Origin: an uncultured Myxococcales bacterium
GTDB lineage: Bacteria; Myxococcota_A; UBA9042
Assembly (NCBI GenBank): GCA_903850505.1
Contig: CAINLT010000094.1
Location: forward strand, 2,016-66,015
Direction: 5' to 3'
DNA: 64,000 bases
Numbering within the stretch: the first letter of the stretch is position 1; the number at the start of each line of letters is the position of its first letter. The notes below the pieces were generated by a model. It did no database searches. It had not been told where the DNA came from and worked only from the letters and a program-made list of their open reading frames with translations. This document shows, one piece after another, positions 60,103-64,000 of this stretch. A program made the position numbers and the translations under genes.

Positions 60103-61200
60103 ATGCGGAACTGGACGCTGGCGATTGGGCTCCTCGTCGCGATCGCGGCTGGCGGTGCATGGCTGCTGATGCGGTCGCACGCCGTGGCGCCGACCTCGCC
60201 GCCTGAAACGACTGAGGTGCCGCCGGCGGCGCTTCACGTGACCTTGGCGCAGGCCGTGTCCGAGACGTTCGCGCCGCACATCGAGGCATTCGGCACCGTG
60301 GAGGCCAATCCGCGCGCGCTGGCGGCGGTCGCGTGGCCGGCGGAGCTGGTGGTGAAGCGCGTGCTGATTGTGCCGGGCCAGACCGTGGCAGCTGACGAGC
60401 CGCTGCTGGAGGTCGCGCTGTCGCCGGACGCGCAGTTGCAGGTCGGATTGGCCAAGCAGGACGTCCACGCGGCGGAGAAGGCGTCGGCGGCGGTGCAATC
60501 GCGCTTTGCCCTGAACCTCGCGACGCAGCAGGAGAAGCTGATGGCGGACGCGGCGCTGGCGACGGCGGAGGCCAAGCTGGCGCGGGCATTGCAGGCGACT
60601 GTGCCGCCCAACGGGCTGGTGCGCGCGACATCGGGCGGCGTGGTGCGGATGATTGCGGCCGTGGCCGGCGGGATCGCCCCGGCTGGTGCGCCGCTTGTGA
60701 CCCTCAGCCGCGGCGACGGACTGGCTGGCGACGTGCTGCGGGCGGACATCGGCATCGATCCGCGCGAGGCCGGAGCGCTGCGCGGTGGTGAATCGGTGCA
60801 ACTGCGCGCCGTGGACGGCGACACGAGCATGTGGAGCGGCGCGGTCGACCTCATCCAGCCGACGCTCGACCCGATTTCCCGCTTGCGCCGCGCCAGCGTC
60901 CGCTTCACCGCCAGCAGCGCGCCCGCCATCGGCACGCCGGTCCGCGCTGTCATCACATTGCCCGGGGAAGCGGCCAGCGTCGTCATACCCCGCACCGCTA
61001 TCCTGCCCACCGCCAAAGGCGACATCGCGTACGTCATCGCCGACGGCATCGCGCGGCGGCGCTCGCTCGTCACCTGTGGCCGCGAGGATGCGCGCGTGTG
61101 CGTCCGCACGGGCGTCCAGGTCGGTGAATTCGTCGCTACCTCCGGCGTCGCTGACTTGACCGACGGCGCCCGCGTCCTCGTTCTGGAAGCCAAGCCTTGA
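60103..61200 (+). CDS. RND efflux periplasmic adaptor (MFP/HlyD-like)
   Basis: The ATG immediately follows the OMF stop. It has a TM anchor LAIGLLVAIAAGGAWLL. It has a lipoyl/beta-barrel pattern, including VLIVPGQTVAADEPLLEV and VIPRTAILPTAKGDIAYV. Confidence 0.85.
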   Translation: MRNWTLAIGLLVAIAAGGAWLLMRSHAVAPTSPPETTEVPPAALHVTLAQAVSETFAPHIEAFGTVEANPRALAAVAWPAELVVKRVLIVPGQTVAADEPLLEVALSPDAQLQVGLAKQDVHAAEKASAAVQSRFALNLATQQEKLMADAALATAEAKLARALQATVPPNGLVRATSGGVVRMIAAVAGGIAPAGAPLVTLSRGDGLAGDVLRADIGIDPREAGALRGGESVQLRAVDGDTSMWSGAVDLIQPTLDPISRLRRASVRFTASSAPAIGTPVRAVITLPGEAASVVIPRTAILPTAKGDIAYVIADGIARRRSLVTCGREDARVCVRTGVQVGEFVATSGVADLTDGARVLVLEAKP

Positions 61201-64000
61201 GTCGGCAAAGCTGGTTGGCTGGGCACCGTCGTCTGGTCGTCCTCGGCGCGCTCATGGCGGCGCTCGCGGGCCTCGTCGCGGCGTTCCATCTGCCGGTCTC
61301 GCTGTTTCCCCACGTCGATTTCCCGCGCATTGCGATCAGTGCCGATTCCGGCGACCGCGATGTCGATCTGACCGTGACGCAGGTGACCGTTCCGTTGGAA
61401 GAGGCCGTACGCGCCGTGCCCGGCGTGCGTTCCGTGCGGTCGCGCAGCAGCCGCGGCAGCAGTGAGTTGTCCATCGATTTTGCCTGGGGCCAGGACATGG
61501 TCACGGCGTTGCTGCAGGTCCAGGCCGCGCTCGCGGAGGCGACCCCGCGGCTGCCCAAGGGTACGCAGCTTCTATCGCGGCGCCTGGATCCGAACGTGTT
61601 TCCGGTGCTCGGCTATTCGCTGACGTCCGACAAGCGGACGCTTGGCGAGCTCGGCGACATCGCGACTTTTCAGGTGCGGCCGCAACTGTTGCGCGTGGGC
61701 GGCGTGACCAAGGTCGGCACGCAGGGCGCGCCGGCGGAGGAACTGCGCGTGACCGTCGATCCGGACCGGCTGGCGGCGTTGGGCCTGACGACAGGCGACG
61801 TCGGCAACGCGATCGCGCAGGCCAATGCCCTCCAGAGCCTCGGCCGGCTGGAGGACCACGGCAAGTTGTACATCGTGCTGGCGACGAACACGACGCGCAC
61901 GCTGGCGGCGATTAGCGATCTGGTGGTGCGCGCCGGGCCGAACGGCGTGACGCGGCTGCGGGACGTGGCGCACGTCGGTCGGGCCTCGGCACCGCAGAAG
62001 ATCCGCGTGACGGCGGATGGCCACGACGCCGTGCTGCTGCAGGTTTACCAGCAGCCATTGAGCAACGTGGTGCAGATTTCAGCGGATGCCGCGGAGCAAA
62101 TCGCCCAGCTGCGCAAGATCCTGCCGCGGGACGTCAAGCTGGCGACGTGGTACGACCAGAGCCAGTTGGTGGCGCATTCGGCGGCGAGCCTGCGTGACGC
62201 GGTGTTGATCGGCACGGCGTTGGCGGCGCTGGTGCTCCTGGTCTTCCTGCGCAACCTGACCGTCACCTTGCTGGCCGCGCTGGTGGTGCCCGCAGTGCTG
62301 GCGGCGACTTGCCTGCTGCTGCAGGTGCTCGGCCAGTCGTTCAACATCATGACGCTGGGCGGCATGGCCGCGGCGGTGGGGCTCATCATCGACGACGTCA
62401 TCGTGATGGTGGAGCACATCGAGCGACGCCTGCGCGACGATCCGGCCATCCACGGCACGCAGCGTTTTCCCGCGCTGCACGTGGCGCGCGAGTTTACGCG
62501 GCCGCTGCTGGGCGCGTCGCTGGCGACCGTCATCATCCACGTGCCGCCGGCGTTCATGACGGGCGTGACCGGCGAGTTCTTCAAGGCGCTGTCGCTGACG
62601 ATGGCGGTGAGCCTGATCGCGTCGTTCTTTGTGGCATGGCTGGTCGTGCCAGTGCTGGCGAACGCGATGGGACTTGGCCTCGTGCACAAGCCTGAACCGC
62701 GGCAGCCCGACGCGCTCACCCGCGCCTATGTGTGGCTGCTGGCGCGCGCGCTGCGCTGGCGGTGGTCGGCGCTGCTGACGGTCGCGCTGCTCGTGGGGAC
62801 AGGCGCGTTGCTGTATCCCAAGCTGGCGACCGGCTTCATGCCGCCGATGGACGAGGGGGGCTTTGTGCTGGACTACCGCAGTCCGCCGGGGACGGGGCTG
62901 GCGCAGACGGACGCGCAACTGCGCACGCTTGAGGGGATCCTGCGCAAGACGCCGGAGGTGGCAAGCTATTCGCGGCGGACGGGCTTGCAGTTGGGCGGCG
63001 GGCTGACGGAAGCCAACGAGGGCGACTTCTTCATCCGCCTGAAGTCCCTGCCGCGACGGGACGTCGAGACCGTGATGGCAGAACTGCGCGTCAAGATCGA
63101 GCGCGAGCTGCCGACGCTGAAGATCGAGATGCTGCAGTTGATGGAGGATCTGATTGGCGATCTGACCGGCGTGCCGCAGCCGATTGAGGTCAAGCTCGCG
63201 AGCGAGGACCCCGAGGCACTGCGCGAAGTAGCCCCGCGCGTGGCGGCGGCGCTGCGGCAGATTCCGGGGATTGTCGAGGTCAACGACGGCCTGCTGATCT
63301 CCGGCGATGCGTTGAACGTCCATGTGGATACGGATCTGGCGGCGCTGCACGGGCTGGATGCCGCGCGCGTGGACGCGGCGTTGGGACAGGCGTTTGCCGG
63401 GACCGTTGAAGCGGAAGTCAAGCGCGAGGATCTGCCCAAGATGCTGGGGATTCGCCTGTGGACGCCCGGCGAGATGCGCGACCGCGTGGAGGACCTGAGC
63501 CAGCTGCGCGTCGCGGCACCGGACGGTCATGTCGTGGCCGTGGACCGGCTCGCGCAGGTGACGGCGATCACCGGCCAACCGCAGATCGGCCGCGAGAACC
63601 TGCGGCGGATTACGGCAGTGACGGGCCGGACGGAGGGGATCGACCTCGGACTGGCGGTGCAACGCGTGAAGGCCGTGCTCGCCGACCCTGCGCTGCGGAC
63701 GCCGAAATCAGGCGGCATGCCACTGACGTTTGAGCTTGGCGGGCTGCATGCCCAGCAGCAACAGGCGTTCAAAGGGCTGTCGCAGGTGTTCGTGGCGGCC
63801 ATCGTGCTGCTGTTTCTCCTGCTGCTCTGGTGGTTTGACCGCGTGCGGATCGCGGTGCTCGTCGTGCTGGCGGCGCTGCTGGCGCTGCCGGGCGTCGTCA
63901 TCGGGCTGTGGCTGACTGGCACGGAACTGGATATCTCGTCGCTGATGGGCCTGACGATGATCGTGGGCTCGGTGACGGAGGTGAGCCTTTTCCTGGTGTC
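61197..64000 (+). CDS. RND efflux transporter permease (AcrB/CzcA superfamily), 3'-truncated by the window edge
   Basis: Absent from the track because it is open at the right edge. Manual translation gives (L)SRQSWLAGHRRLVVLGALMAALAGLVAAFHLPVSLFPHVDFPRIAISAD. A TM4-region motif reads GGMAAAVGLIIDDVIVMVEHIERR. The frame stays open to 64000. TTG 61197 overlaps the MFP stop, so the exact start is uncertain. Confidence 0.85.
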   Translation, partial: MSRQSWLAGHRRLVVLGALMAALAGLVAAFHLPVSLFPHVDFPRIAISADSGDRDVDLTVTQVTVPLEEAVRAVPGVRSVRSRSSRGSSELSIDFAWGQDMVTALLQVQAALAEATPRLPKGTQLLSRRLDPNVFPVLGYSLTSDKRTLGELGDIATFQVRPQLLRVGGVTKVGTQGAPAEELRVTVDPDRLAALGLTTGDVGNAIAQANALQSLGRLEDHGKLYIVLATNTTRTLAAISDLVVRAGPNGVTRLRDVAHVGRASAPQKIRVTADGHDAVLLQVYQQPLSNVVQISADAAEQIAQLRKILPRDVKLATWYDQSQLVAHSAASLRDAVLIGTALAALVLLVFLRNLTVTLLAALVVPAVLAATCLLLQVLGQSFNIMTLGGMAAAVGLIIDDVIVMVEHIERRLRDDPAIHGTQRFPALHVAREFTRPLLGASLATVIIHVPPAFMTGVTGEFFKALSLTMAVSLIASFFVAWLVVPVLANAMGLGLVHKPEPRQPDALTRAYVWLLARALRWRWSALLTVALLVGTGALLYPKLATGFMPPMDEGGFVLDYRSPPGTGLAQTDAQLRTLEGILRKTPEVASYSRRTGLQLGGGLTEANEGDFFIRLKSLPRRDVETVMAELRVKIERELPTLKIEMLQLMEDLIGDLTGVPQPIEVKLASEDPEALREVAPRVAAALRQIPGIVEVNDGLLISGDALNVHVDTDLAALHGLDAARVDAALGQAFAGTVEAEVKREDLPKMLGIRLWTPGEMRDRVEDLSQLRVAAPDGHVVAVDRLAQVTAITGQPQIGRENLRRITAVTGRTEGIDLGLAVQRVKAVLADPALRTPKSGGMPLTFELGGLHAQQQQAFKGLSQVFVAAIVLLFLLLLWWFDRVRIAVLVVLAALLALPGVVIGLWLTGTELDISSLMGLTMIVGSVTEVSLFLV

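Noticed and set aside
57355-63662. ORFs 57355..58620 (+), 58741..60801 (-), 60234..61313 (-) and 62079..63662 (-)
   Set aside because: They are antisense to the propeller, OMF, MFP and RND genes, with Arg-rich junk composition.

Overview
A 64 kb, very GC-rich chromosomal window. By inference it comes from a Myxococcota-like organism: pilMNOP(Q) cluster, many eukaryote-like Ser/Thr kinases, huge Cys-rich secreted proteins, TSP3-OmpA. All calls rest on manual reading of the sequence and ORF track; no searches were run, and family names come from remembered motif signatures.

Many long ORFs in the track are Arg/Leu/Ala-rich antisense artefacts of the high GC content and were discarded.

Gene content, left to right:
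- 1-6260 (-): type IV pilus assembly cluster pilM-pilN-pilO-pilP, then a gene at the pilQ position. That gene runs off the left edge and encodes an AMIN domain plus more than 700 aa of coiled coil.
- 6464-9756 (+): argD-like aminotransferase, a Thr-rich lipoprotein, a DsbA-like oxidoreductase.
- 9775-15288 (-): an 1837-aa tandem UvrA-UvrA fusion with four ABC modules.
- 15436-15510: tRNA-Gly(CCC). A decayed second copy of parts of this tRNA lies at 24709-24780. The two bracket about 9.3 kb holding Cys-rich gene fragments, a six-gene oxidoreductase cluster (SDR, SnoaL-like, membrane protein, FAD oxidoreductase, Rieske oxygenase, SRPBCC), a Cys-rich lipoprotein and a DUF1778/GNAT toxin-antitoxin pair.
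- 25304-28668: an accessory patch with a STAND/NB-ARC-like NTPase, a pol-beta-type nucleotidyltransferase-fold protein and an XRE HTH protein.
- 28853-46054 (+): the most striking element, four overlapping (translationally coupled) genes. They encode a 3384-aa secreted mosaic protein, a membrane-anchored HEAT-repeat protein, and two further Cys-rich lipoproteins. The mosaic protein combines an RCC1-like propeller, about 16 double Cys repeats of the CTxDxC type, CGxDGCGGxCGxC modules, a somatomedin-B-like 8-Cys module, a SUEL-type lectin-like module, LamG-like regions and a Cys-free amphipathic beta-rich C-terminus.
- 46274-47968 (-): a lipoprotein.
- 48310-52939 (+): an OmpA(TSP3)-FecR-CHASE2 histidine kinase operon.
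- 52993-56811: two paralogous Ser/Thr-kinase-receiver hybrids flanking an Hpt protein and a CheY-like regulator.
- 56907-58545 (-): a YncE-like beta-propeller plus a Cys-rich ORF.
- 58660 to the right edge: an RND efflux operon, with the permease truncated by the window edge.
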